DNA from: Eledone cirrhosa
Lineage: Eukaryota
Reading direction: 5' to 3'
NCBI GenBank assembly: GCA_964016885.1
Contig: OZ024756.1
Span: 20,584,001 to 20,648,000, forward strand
DNA: 64,000 nucleotides
The notes under the pieces were generated by a model. That model was not told the origin of the DNA. It searched no databases and was given only the letters and a program-made list of their open reading frames with translations. Of the stretch, positions 12,985 through 26,400 are shown piece by piece. Numbering within the stretch: position 1 is the stretch's first letter; the number at the start of each line of letters is the position of its first letter. A program made the position numbers and the translations under genes.

Positions 12985-13540
12985 CAGATGACCACAATAA
13001 TAACTACAGTAATGACCACAGTAATAACCACAGTAATGGTCACAGTAATAACCACAGTAATGACCACAGTAAAGACCGCAGTAATGACCGCAGTAATGAC
13101 CACAGTGACAACCACAATAACCACAGTATTAACCACAATAATGACCACAGTATTAACCATAATAACGACAGTAATAACCACAGTAATGACCACAGTAACA
13201 ACAGTAATAACTACAGTAAATACCACAGTAATAACCACCAATGACCACAGTAATAACCTTAGTAATGACCACAGTGACAACCACAATAACCACAGTATTA
13301 ATCACAGTAATGACCACAGTATTAACCACAGTATTAACCACAGTAAAGACCACAGTATTAACCACAGTAAAGACCACAGTAATAACCACAGTAAAGACCA
13401 CAGTAAAGACCACAGTATTAACCACAGTAATGACCACAGTATTAACCACAGTAATGACCACAGTAATAACCACAGTAAAGACCACAGTATTAACCACAAT
13501 AATAACCACAATAACAACAGTAACAACCACAGTAATAACC
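12985..13540. repeat. 12-bp-unit repeat (AATGACCACAGT variants)
   Basis: Directly visible. Confidence 0.9.
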
Positions 13541-14216
13541 TCTTTTATGTATCCAATCTACATATATAAACAGAATATAGTCATTCCTCACAATTGAGTA
13601 TGACTTGGTATCAACATGTACTGTATATCTTGTGTTTGTGCAAGTGCATGGATTAGAAGTTAAGGCATTCAGTACAAGATTGAAAAGTTGTGATTTTGAT
13701 ATCCTGGTGTGTGTTGTCTCCTTGAGCAAGATATTCTATTTCTCGTTGCACAAATAATTAGTCAAAAAGGTTAAATTAGATAAAATGCACTTTAGTTTTG
13801 TGCCAAGAAGGGCCACCACAAATACCCTCTTTTTAATGAGACAACTACAAGAGAAGTTCCTAGCCAAATGTAAGCCACTATATCTAACTTTCGTTGGTCT
13901 GGAGAAATCCTTTGACAGAGTACCACAACCTGTTCTCTGGTGATCCTTAACCTTCTGGAGGTTCCGGGCGCATTAAGTCGTCGATGGAGTAATCTCCCCT
14001 TGATACATAATGCAGTGGCAAGGGAAGCAATTCATAAAAATTTCTAGCGTGCTAAAGGTTAGGGAGTAGAAAATATGCTTGTGAAAGCACTGCAAACCAA
14101 TTACAGGGGAGCTGTCAGTAAAGTGAGAGAGAGTAAAGAATTTAGTTAGAAATTCAATGCAGGTTGGTGTTCAGCCCTTCTCTTTGTTATACCTCTCCAG
14201 ACCCTAACAGAGGAGT

Positions 14217-14446
14217 TTAACCCTTTAGCATTTACATTACTATATATATATACTATTGTATTTTCATGGTAAACCCTTTATCTCACATAATTATCCCACA
14301 TAATATCGAATCTACAAGATTTTGATATTATTTATTTTGAGAACAATACCTTAACATAAGTATGAGTGGCCAGTTACAGCCAGTTTGAACAAAATGAGAT
14401 GAGAGAATTCTGGCCGGATATGGCCGGTTTAAATGCTAAAGGGTTA
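14217..14446. mobile_element. TTAA-flanked MITE (piggyBac-like) inserted in decayed LINE RT-like sequence
   Basis: TTAA-CCCTTTAGCATTTA ... TAAATGCTAAAGGG-TTAA terminal inverted repeats. Further copies at about 22047-22486, 46516-46630, 56155-56328, 56514-56671 and 61930-62120. Confidence 0.8.
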
Positions 14447-15835
14447 AGACTTGCTGTTCATGGGAACTTATGTATGATAACAAACTGGTTCTTATGGCTG
14501 AATCTGGAGAAGAACTAGAGTAGAAATTCCAGCTTAGAGTAAATTTAGCAAAAACCAAAGTTTTAGTAAGTGGAGAAAGAAGTTAGGATCCTGATCCCAT
14601 CAGGGAAATGGTCTTGCTCAATATGTAGAAATTCTATATGATATACTCAATGTAAATCTTATTAGTGCTAGAGCCAGATTAAGTCTTTTTTGAGCCCCTA
14701 AGCACTTAAAAGATTATTCTATGTGTCTGTGTCCTACATATATGAGAAATATATTTAATTGAAATAAAATAGTACCCCTATTAGCTTGGTGCCTTAAACG
14801 TGTTTGTCTTGCTTAATGGTAAATCCTGTCCAGCTAATGGCTGCAAAGTGACCACCATATACAGCAGACAGTAAGAGGTTTGGTAGGAGAGAAACACTGA
14901 CAGAGATGAGATGATTTTATATATATATATATATCTTTTATATATATAAGAGAGAGAGAGAGAGGGGGGGGGAGAAATAGAGATGGGAATAGGTGGACAA
15001 AACAGACAGAAAGACACAGAGCGAGGGAGAGAGAGAGAGATGGGAAATGGTGGAAAAGAAAAAGAGAAAATAAGAGATAGGAGGTTAGAAAAGAAGATGG
15101 AAAGAAAGAGATAAATAAGTACGGGAGAGAGAGAGAGAGAGATTAGAAAAGGAGAGAGAGAGAGAGAGATTAAAGGACGGTGGAAGGAGAGAGAGAAGAA
15201 AAGACAAACAAAGACAACCAGAGAAGGGAAAGAAAATATCTAAACAATGATTTGTTAATATAGTGACAATATTTTGAAGTACACACATACACAGACACCA
15301 GCACACATGCTAATACATACACACACACAAGCACACACAACCCCACACACACACATACACAGCCATACAGACAGACACACACACAGACACATACACAGCC
15401 ATACACACAGACACATACACAGCCATACACAGACACATACAGACACACACACAGACACATACACAGCCATACAGACAGACACACACAGACAGACAGACAT
15501 ACGCACACACACACATACACAGCCATACAGACAGACACAGACACATACACAGACACACACACATACAGCCATACAGACACAGACACACAGCCCCACACAT
15601 ACACAGCCATACAGACACACACAGACAGACAGACATACGGACAGACACACACACACACAACCCCACACACATACACAGCCATACAGACACACACACACAC
15701 ACACAGCCCCACACACATACACAGCCATACAGACACACACACACACAGTTGTTTTTGTTGACCAATCGTTTACAACAATGAAACACCTACAAATATTGTA
15801 ACAGGAGAGAGTAACAACAAAAGGTTTTATCAATA

Positions 15836-16930
15836 GTAACAGCAACACCACCAGAAGCAGCAGCAACACCAGAAACAACAGCACCACCACCAGATGCAGC
15901 AGCAACAGATGCAGCAACAACAGCAACAACACCACCAGAAACAGCAACAACAGAAGCAGCAGCAACACCACCAGAAGCAGCAGCAACACCAGAAGCAGCA
16001 GCAACAACAGAAGCAGCAGCAACACCAGAAACAACAGCAACAACAACAACAGAAGCAGCAACAACAACACCACGAGCAGCAACAACAACAACAGAAGCAA
16101 CACCACCAGAAGCAGCAGCAACACCAGAAGCAGCAGCAACACCACCAGAAGCAGCAGCAACACCAGAAGCAGCAACAACAACAGAAGCAGCAACAACAAC
16201 ACCAGGAGCAGCAACAACAACACCAGATGCAGCAGCAACACCAGAAGCAGCAGCAACACCAGAAACAGCAGCAACACCAGAAGCAGCAGCAACAACAACA
16301 GAAGCAACAACAACAGAAGCAGCAACAACAGAAGCAGCAACAACAGCAACAACACCACCAGAAACAGCAACAACAGAAGCAGCAGCAACACCAGAAGCAG
16401 CAACAACACCACCAGAAGCAGCAACAACACCACCAGAAGCAGCAACAACACCACCAGAAGCAGCACCAGAAGCAGCAGCAACACCAGAAACAACAGTAAC
16501 AACACCAGTAGCAGCAACAAGACAACCAGAAGCAGCAGCAACAACAACAGAAGCAGCAGCAACAACACCAGGAGCAGCAGCAACAACACCAGATGCAGCA
16601 GCAGCAACAGAAGCAGCAGCAACACCAGAAACAACAGCAGCAACAACAACACCACCAGAAGCAGCAGCAGCAACAACAACAGAAGCAGCAACAACAACCC
16701 CAGATGCAGCAACAGCACCAGAAGCAGCAATAACAGCAGCAAAAGCAGCAGCAACAAAAGCAGCAGCAACAACAGCAGCAGCAATACCAACAGCAATATC
16801 AACAGCAGCAGTACAATAATATACATCAGTTATCAATAGTAACAACAACACCAGAAGCAGCAACGGCAGCAGCAACAACAGTAGCAGCAACGTCAGCAGC
16901 AACAACAGTGTCAGCAGCAGCAATACAATA
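15836..16930. repeat. Compound GCA/ACA/CCA/GAA triplet repeat
   Basis: About 1.1 kb made almost entirely of NNA triplets in one phase. Confidence 0.9.
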
Positions 16931-17044
16931 ATATATATCAGTTATAATTGTTGTGTATCATAAGAATTACATAGCTACAGCAGCAATGTCAGCAGCAACA
17001 ACAGCAGGAACAGCAGTACAATAATATAGATCAGATGTTATCAG

Positions 17045-17758
17045 CACCATACCACCAACACCATCACCACCACACCACCAACATAACCATCACCATCACA
17101 TCACACGACACCACCACACCACCACGGCCATCACCACCATATCACAACCACCACCTCCATACCACCACCACCGCAACCACCACCATACCACTACCACCAC
17201 ACCACCATCACCATACAACTGTCACCACCACAACCACAACCACCACCATCAAACCACCACCACCACCGCAACCACCACCATACCACTACCACCACCACCA
17301 CCATACAACCGTCACCACCACAACCACCACCATCACACCACCACCATCACCATACCACCATCACACCACCACCATCACCATACCACCGTCACCACCACAC
17401 CACCATCACACCACCACCATCACATTACCACCACCACCACCACAACCACCACCATCACCATACCACCGTCACCACCACACCACCACCACAACCATCACCA
17501 TCATACCACCACACCCACCACCATCACCATCACCATACCACCGTCACCACCACACCACCACCACAACCACCACCATCACCATCATACCACCACACCCACC
17601 ACCATCACCATACCACCGTCACCACCACCATCACACCACACCCACCACCATCACACCACCACACCACCGTCACCACCACACCACCATACCATCACCACCA
17701 CACCACCATACCATCACCACCACACCACCATACCATCACCACCACACCACTATACCAC
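17045..17758. repeat. Degenerate (CAC)n repeat
   Basis: Directly visible. Abuts the CRE-like fragment. Confidence 0.9.
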
Positions 17759-17760
17759 AG

Positions 17761-18350
17761 TTGTATCACTACATCAATAGCCTGCGCATCGGTGTTTCCT
17801 TGAGGCTCGGCCTCCGGATCTGCGAGCCACACCAATGTCGCTGCGGATCCACTGTGGACCCTTTCGGCCTCCACCCGCTTTCCTGTCGCCACAGTGCCGG
17901 CCGCCTTCCACGCCATGCTGCCCTCAACGAGGTCATAAAGCATGGCTTGGACGCTGCAGGCTTCCCTTCCCAGTTCGAGCCGGTGGGGCTGGACCGAGGG
18001 GACGGCAAAAGGCCAGATGGCATGACGATCTTCTTGTTCCGTGGTGGCAAACCCCTTGTCTGGGATGCTACTTGCACCGACACTTTCTGCGGCCGCAACC
18101 TGGTGCAGTCTGCGACTGACCCAGGTTCTGCTGCACGTCGGGCTGAAGAGGCCAAGCCCCTCAAATACTGGTCACTCTCCGACAGGTTTGTGTCCTCGGC
18201 CCCAGGGCTACCTCCCTACTCACCACCATAGGCGCTGAGCTGGCCAGCCGCAGCTGTGAACCCAGCGAGTTGGAGTGGCTTTTCCCTTGCTGTCCTCCGC
18301 GGGAACGCCTTCTCCATCCTGTCCGCCGGGGCTGTGGGGGGGCCCCATCA
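17761..18350 (+). mobile_element. CRE-like non-LTR retrotransposon 3' fragment (Cys/His finger plus restriction-like endonuclease)
   Basis: HQCRCG..GLHPLSC..GRLPRHAALNEVI..EPVGLDRGDGKRPDG..LVWDATCTDT. GC-rich island, disrupted near 18190. Decayed relatives at about 41115-41480 and 53366-53540. Confidence 0.8.
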
Positions 18351-18390
18351 CGTAACATTCCATATTTAGGTATCCAGATTAATAGTTATT

Positions 18391-18583
18391 AGGGTGTGGA
18401 TTGGCAGTATCGGTAGAGGGTCGGACGCCATGCTTTGACGCATAGAGTTACGGCGCTTGCCATTGTGAGTTCAAATCCCACCGAGGTTAACTTTGCCTTT
18501 CATCCTTACGGGGTGGATAAAATAAAGTACCAGTAATGTACTGGGGTAATTGCTGGCCTTGTGCCAAACGTAGAAACAATTAT
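18391..18583 (+). mobile_element. SINE family 2, near full length
   Basis: 5' head TTGGCAGTATCGGTAGAG, B-box-like GAGTTCAAATCC, and the same core and tail as 2548-2848. Confidence 0.75.
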
Positions 18584-21012
18584 ATTAAACATTTCATACG
18601 CTTATCAAAGGAGTGCTTAATTATTGGAATATATAAACTGCTACTGCCACAGCCAAACAGTAATATTGAAAACAAATTCAAAATATAAAATATTTTTAAA
18701 AAAACGCCATAGCAACAACTGTCAAACCTACAACCTTACCACCATAGCCACCACCACACCACCACCATCACTATTAGCAACACCACCACCACCACCATCA
18801 CACCACCAACATCAACATCACTATTAGCAACACCACAACCACAACCACCACCACCACCACCATAGGATTCTCTACCTGTGTGTTTGTGTGTATCTGTTTC
18901 AATCTCATATATATGTGTGTGTGTGTGTGTGCATGTTTCACTATTGTGTGTGTGCTTCAATCTCATCTATATATATGTGTGTCTGTGTGTGTGTGTAAAT
19001 TCCCGAGTTGTGTCAAGGGGTAATCACAGTTAAAAAAGGGTACTCAATACATTGATAGAGGCATTTTTATTAAATATAGAAATGACTTCTACAGGACTAG
19101 AACTGTTTCATTCATATGAAATCATCAGGAATGTCAGATATACAGGACTCAGGAATGTTAGATATACATATATATATATATATATATATTTTTAAAAACT
19201 CGGGACATCCAATGGACATGTGGTTAGAATGTCTCAGGAAAGAATCGCTGGACAGATCTGTAGCTCGGAGATCAGAGAGTCACTCCAGGTAGAGCCACTA
19301 CTTCTCCAAATTGAGAGATCACAGCTCTGATACTATGGGCATGTGGTTAGAATGCCGTAAGAAAGAATCGCTGGACAGATTTTATGGGCGAAACCAACTG
19401 GCAAGAGACCCAGGGGTAGACCCTGAGCAAGATGGTTAGATAACATCCATGAGCTTGGCTGGTCTCGCTTGGAGATCCAGCCGGATCAGTTGGAGATGGT
19501 TGCTTCTGACAGGACCCGCTGGAGGGAGTGTTTGAGGATGCCCCCATGACCTTCTCAGGAATAAGTGAGCAAAGAAGGGAACATTCAAGAAGTTTTCCTA
19601 AAAAAAATTTGTGGATCCCTTTCTGAAAAAGGTTGTGCATCATTCTTCTGTGCAGTTGTATGTGAAAGTGCAGCTGTGCACCTCTTGAAACTCACTTAGC
19701 AGCTTAGAACCTTTGATACCAAACCTCCTGAAACTTTCAGCAGGTTCTATGATACTATGTTGTTTATATTTATTTTAAAACCTTCCATCATAATTTCATG
19801 TAATAACCTTTGTTATGTTTCAAACATCAGCTAAACAATGAGAAGTTTAGTTGGATTTAGTTTTAATTCAATAAGATATAAAACACCCAGTCCACTCTGT
19901 AAAGTGGTCATACTGGTGACATGAGAAATACAGCACTCAGTCCACTCTGTAAAGTGGTCATACTGTGACAGAGAAAGCACCCAGTACACTCAGTAAAGTG
20001 GTCATGTTGGTGACACAAAAAAGCACCAAGTTCACCCTGTAAGGTGGTTATACAGGTGACACCATGAAAAAGCACCCAGTCAACCTTGTTAGATGGTTGC
20101 TTCATTGCAATGATAAAGATCACCCAGTCTACACTGTAACGTGGTTGGCATCCAGCCATAAAAGCCAAGCTAAAATACAGGCCCATATGAGCAAGACGTG
20201 GTCACCTGAATTGACTTGTCCCAATACCTGATAAACCTATCTAACCCATGCAAATGTGGAAAAATAGATGTTAAACGAGAACGATGACGATTTAAAATTA
20301 AGAAATTAACCATGCATTGTATAAGAATGATATAAAGAACAGAAGTAGGGAGGCGATCCAATTGGCATGGGCCTGGCATTTTGAGAGGGCCTATGATTGA
20401 GACAAAGAAGGGGACTCTTTGGTAAAAAATTACCCCTTTTTTTATAAACCATTCCAGTTCTTTTAGTCCGTTTTGTTACATATACTCGGGTCTCGAAAAA
20501 TCGCCCCTCCCCCTTCCCACTTAATATTTCAGACCCTTTCTTCCTACCCTGCTCTTATTCCAATGCCCCCACTTATTAAATTAGGCTAATCTGTCTCCAG
20601 CAAAATTTTTATTCAAGTGGTAGCATTCTTGCGACATTGAATTTTCTTTAGACATTCATTAAAAGACATTATACATGACCCCAAAAGTACATTACTAGAA
20701 ATCCCATACATCATAAAATAAATTGAGGAGGATGAGTGACCTCAACATGGGCAATCTGTGACCTCAAGATGGAGGACAAGTGACTTCAACATGGAGAACC
20801 AGTGATCTTGACATGGACAATCTGTGACCTCAAGATGGAGGACAAGTGACCTCGACATGGAGAACCAGTGATCTTGACATGGACAATCTGTGACCTCAAG
20901 AACTAGTTTAGTGACCCCTCAATACCAACAGCTTTGTTAATGGATTTTCTTTTTAATGAAATTTTGCAGGTGTATGGTTTTCCATGATGTAGATTACAAT
21001 AATGTTAATGGA

Positions 21013-21058
<46 letters not shown>

Positions 21059-22046
21059 CACACACAGGAGAGAGAGAAAAATTTTACCTCTCTATATACC
21101 CTCTCTGCATTGAGTACTCCCATGATTTGTGGTCTCCTCGGTCTCAGCACTACAGACTCTCAAACTCTCTAAATATATATATATATATTAAAATAACAGA
21201 TTAAAGTTTAAGCAAAGAATCGCTGCTTTCACCCTTAATGGGATCTCCTGAAGGGTGAAAGCAGCAATTCTTTGCTTAAACTTTAATCTGTTATTTTAAT
21301 AAATATTTGCTCTAGGGTTCTTATATATTTGATATATATTTATCCTTATCGAGCCCTCTTTGGATTTTAGTCTTCAAATTTATTATTATTACTATATATA
21401 TATATATATTTATATATTATTTCAAGTATTACATCAAAGCTGAAACTACAATAAGGCAACACGAGTTGAATTATCTGAGAGAGTCCCTAAACACACTCAA
21501 TGATGCGAGAAATGAATTAATTCCGCCATCAGAGTGAACACATTAAGGAGGGGAAACACCATGAATAATATATAGACCAGGTGTATGCCAACTATAGTAT
21601 ATAAACAATGACGAACATATATATATATATATATATATGAACAGTCGATCAACAAGATCCCAGATCTCATTCGCTTAATGAGTGGGGTGGAGCTCGTCAA
21701 ATCGGACCAAGGAATCAATGTTTCCATTGGTCTGTCCAATTGCTAATACAATCTACCGGTCACTTAGAATCCTCAAACACTCCTTCCAACAGATCCTGTC
21801 AGAAGTAACAGTTTTTAACTGATTCGGCTGGATCCCTAAGCGAGACCAACCAAGCCCATGAATGTTATCCAACCATCTTGCTCGGGGTCTACCCCTGGGT
21901 CTCCTGCCAGTTGGTGTTGCCCATAAAATAAATTAATAAATAACAAATAAATAATGTTTTATTTCTTTTAAATTTCATGGACATAAACCTAATCTAAACT
22001 TTTGAAATTGTAGATCAGCAAAATTTAATTTTAAAAATATTCATTG

Positions 22047-22486
22047 TTAACCCTTTAGCAATATATTACTCTATATATACTATTGTATTTTCATGTTAAC
22101 CCTTTAATGTTCAAACCGGCCAAAACCAGCCAGAATTCTCTACCTCTTTCTGTTGAAACTGGCTGTAACTGGTCACCAAACTGATGTTAAGGTATTGTTC
22201 TCAAAATAAATACTTTCAAAATCTCATAGATTCGATATTATGTGAGATAATTATCCGAGGTAGAGCCTTTACCTTGAAAATTATATAGAGTAATGTGAAT
22301 GCTAAAGGGTTAAAGGCTTTATCTCACATAATTATCTCACAATATTGAATCTACAAGATTTTGATATTATTTATTTTGAGAACAATACCTTGACATCAGT
22401 ATGAGTGGCCAGTTACGGCCGGTTTGACTAGAAAGAGGTGGGAGAATTCTGGCCGGATATGGCTGGGTTAAATGCTAAAGGGTTAA
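22047..22486. mobile_element. TTAA MITE nested in a copy of itself
   Basis: Outer copy 22047-22486 is interrupted by an inverted inner copy at about 22097-22313 at a TTAA site. Confidence 0.65.
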
Positions 22487-24441
22487 GAAAGTTATGGAGA
22501 AATAAAGTTGAGGAGTGTAGCGTGGAAGGGGGAGGGGGGTCATAGAACTCTAGTTATGACCCCCTGAACCTGAGTGTGTGTGGGGGGCGATGGAGTCATA
22601 GAACTATTGTTTTGGCCCCGACCCTGGGGGAGCTAGTGTGTGTAGGGGGGATGGGAGTCATTGAACTATTATGGCTTCAACGGGGGGGGGGGGCAAGTGT
22701 GTGTGTGGAGAGGAAGGTGGGTTATTGAAATGTAGTTGTGGTCCCTGACTCTGGGTGTGAGTGTGTGGGGTTAGGGCAGTTATGGCTGACCCAGAGACTA
22801 AGTGCGTGGGGGTAAGAGGGGGTCATTGAATGTAGTTGTGGCCCTGACCTGGGGAAAAAGTGTGTGTGTGTGTGAGGGGGGGTCATTGAACTGCAGTTAT
22901 GGTTCCCCCACCCTGAGGAGCAAGTGTGTGTGTGTGTGTGGGGGGGGGGGATTGAACTGCAGTTATGGTTCCCCCACCCTGAGGAGCAAGTGTGTGTGGT
23001 CATTGAACTGTAGTTATCGTCCTCTCACCCTGAGGAGCAAGTGTGTGTGGTCATTGAATTGTAGTTATCGTCCTCTCACCCTGAGGAGCAAGTGTGTGTG
23101 TGTGTGTGTGTAGTTATGGTCCCGACCCTGGGGACCATAGGGGGGGGGGGGTATTTTGAACTGTAGATATCCCCCCACCCCCACATAAACTTCGACATAA
23201 ACCTGATGTTATGGCCCTAAACAATTAAATATACAGCAGGAATGTGTTTTTGATGATAGGTCTGCCCAATTAGGGCCGACCTAAGGTTAAATACAACAAC
23301 TACTACAACTTGAAGAGCTATCTATATCTTCTCCAGAGATATTACTAGTTAATATTCAATAGTTAGTAAGAAATGTACTAGCAGTACTAATAGTACTAAC
23401 AACAGTAATAGACAAAATCCCATCACAACGGCCAACCAACGATGTAGAGATTGAGAGAGACAGAGAGAGAGGAGGGGACCGAGAGAGAGAGGAGGGGACC
23501 GAGAGAGAGAGGAGGGGACCGAGAGAGAGAGAAGGGGACCGAGAGAGAGAGAAGGGGACCGAGAGAGGGAGAGACCGAGAGGGAGAGTACGAGAGAGAGA
23601 GAGACCGAGGGGAGAGGGAGAGAGTACGAGAGAGAGAGAGAGAGACCGAGAAAGAAAATCCGAGGTCGTTCACCCAGCTACGATTGATTTCTTAACTTGA
23701 AGCACAAGGTCTCCAATATTTGGAGGTGGTTATTAATAGTTAAAAACTATTCCTGTACAGTACAAATTTTGCAAGGCAGTACGAGCCCGAAGCAGGCAAA
23801 GATTTTTGTCAAAATGGATTTTGCATGGTTGTTGTGGGCTTCTTAGCTCTTGGCCCCAGGAACAAGGTACCGACTGGACCCCACTCTGATAGGCTCTGTC
23901 TGTACCAAATGATGTCTCATGTCTGCTTGTCGGATTTGAACTCAAAGCTGCTAAGATTAAAAACAGAAGACAACTTTCTTAATAATCTCCCAACTCAACC
24001 GTCTTAAAAAACAATATAGCAGACCTGCCAATCTCTAAAAACCCAAACGGGGAGTAACATGAAAAGCAATGTCCAAAAATGGGGAGATTTTTCACAATGA
24101 AAGCTATACCCATTTTCACAAAAACGGGAAGATGGGCAGAAATAAGACAAAACGAGATCTCCCCGTCGGACGGGGAGAGTTGAGAGGTCTCAAACAGAAT
24201 ATAATGGATGGAGTTTGGGATAATGTAGTATACTCAAATAAACGTAATGTTTTAGTTTAAATGTTGTCTTCCTGTTTCTTCTACAAGAACTACAACGGTA
24301 CGCGATGTAGTAATAGATAGGTACGGTACACTGAAAGGGAAAATTAATAGGACAGGGTGGTCAGGAATGGAACACCTTTGAAGAGTATAGGTTTGCTTAA
24401 TAACAGTACAAACGTTATAACACACAAGCTAACTTACATAC

Positions 24442-24505
<64 letters not shown>

Positions 24506-25078
24506 AATATACTAATAAACAGATATATGTATATGCATACATATACACACACAAATGTATATACATATAGATATATGTATACACACTTCAACAGCATTGT
24601 ATATACTAATAAATAGATATATGTATAATCATATACACACACAAATGTCTATACATATAGATATACACCTCTTCAACAGCATTGTAATCAAAGTGTGTAT
24701 ACATTTTTTTTTTTGGGGGGGGGGGGGGGGGTACCCAGTATATATATATATATATATATATTCATACGCACACATGTATATACACATGTACTTACATATA
24801 TAAACACACACACACACATACACACACATGTACTTACATATATAAACACACACACACACATACATACACACACATGTACTTACATATATAAACACACACA
24901 CACACGTACTTACATATATAAACACACACACACACATGTACTTACATATATAAACACACACGTACTTACATATATAAACACACACACACGTACTTACATA
25001 TATAAACACACACACACACATACGTACTTACATATATAAACACACACACACACACGTACTTACATATATAAACACACG

Positions 25079-25110
<32 letters not shown>

Positions 25111-26039
25111 AGAAAAACAATAACTATAGCAACGACACAACCAAGACTTATAAACAGTCACAACAATTAGCATTAACAGCCACAACAACAACAACAACAA
25201 CAACACGAGCCAAACGAGGAAACCTATGAGGTCGCTCAACCTGCTAAAAATAGCAGTCAAATTACACTAAAATCAGGGGGGGGGGGGAAGGCACATTAGA
25301 TAGTATAGTTTTAGATAAACTAATCCTTAAACAATAAGACGGGTGTTTCATAATGATTACCCCATATTTCAAATTGAAACAAACGTGATCTAACCCTTAA
25401 TAGTAACCCTAACCTAATTTATATAATGTTACTTTCAATTTGAAATGCGGGATACTAACGAAGAAGCACCAAAAGACATGATGGTCACGGCTGGAATTTT
25501 TTTTTACTGTGGCCGAGTTATGGTCAACAGGTGCCCTAAACACAGCTTAACAAGGCCCTGGTGACTCGCTCCATTGTCCAGTTAACAAGACATTAAAACG
25601 TGCTGAATGTTAAATACATTTTAAATATCAAGATTTCTCCCAGGCCTGACCCCTCGGGACTAAACAACAGCAACGAGAAACCTTATGTGCGGTCGACAAC
25701 CATGAAAGAAATAGGAGCCGAATTTGTTTTAAATCAAACGTTGTTTTAGTACAGAATAAATAGTGTTGATATAATAAATAATAATATTGTGACTGTCATA
25801 TATATATATATGGAAATTGACGGGATGGTCACGGCTGGAAATACACTTGTTCAGTCCTAAGCTGGCGCTAAACATCTACAATAACACCATCCCCCATAAC
25901 ATCATCATAACAACACCACCATCCCTATCACAACATTCTTCATCACAACATCCCCCATCACATCTTTCATAAGAACACCCCCACCCACCCCAGCACAACA
26001 ACAACAACTATCCCAACTACCAATAAGAGGCACCTGTCT

Positions 26040-26400
26040 GTGATCATTCGAGCAGCTAAAAATGGCAGCTAAATCTCCCTCAAAATTACACCCTTGATGA
26101 AAATAAAATTAAAATATTATATTGGATACTGTTGTTCCAAAATACAGTTTTTGTATATACCTGGACTCGAGCAGCTAAAAATAGCAGCTAAATGTCCCTC
26201 AAAACTACACCTTTGATGAAAATAAAATAAAACTATCATATTGGATGCTGTTGTTCCAAAGTATACTGTATGTATATTCCTGGACTCGAGCAGCTAAAAA
26301 TAGCAGCTAAATGTCCCTCAAAACTACACCCTTGATGACAATAGAATTAAAAATATCATATTGGTACCGTTGTTCCAAAGTATAGTTTGGGTATATTCCC
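26040..26400. repeat. About 120-bp tandem repeat, 3 copies
   Basis: TCGAGCAGCTAAAAAT..CAGCTAAAT..CCCTCAAAA..TACACC at about 26048, 26167 and 26287. Confidence 0.85.

Noticed and set aside
15255-16923. Poly-Leu, poly-Cys, poly-Gln and Ala/Val ORFs
   Set aside because: Alternative frames of the same triplet repeat.
21495-21545. Hammerhead on the minus strand
   Set aside because: The core reads CTGATGG and no correctly placed GAAA or stem III follows.
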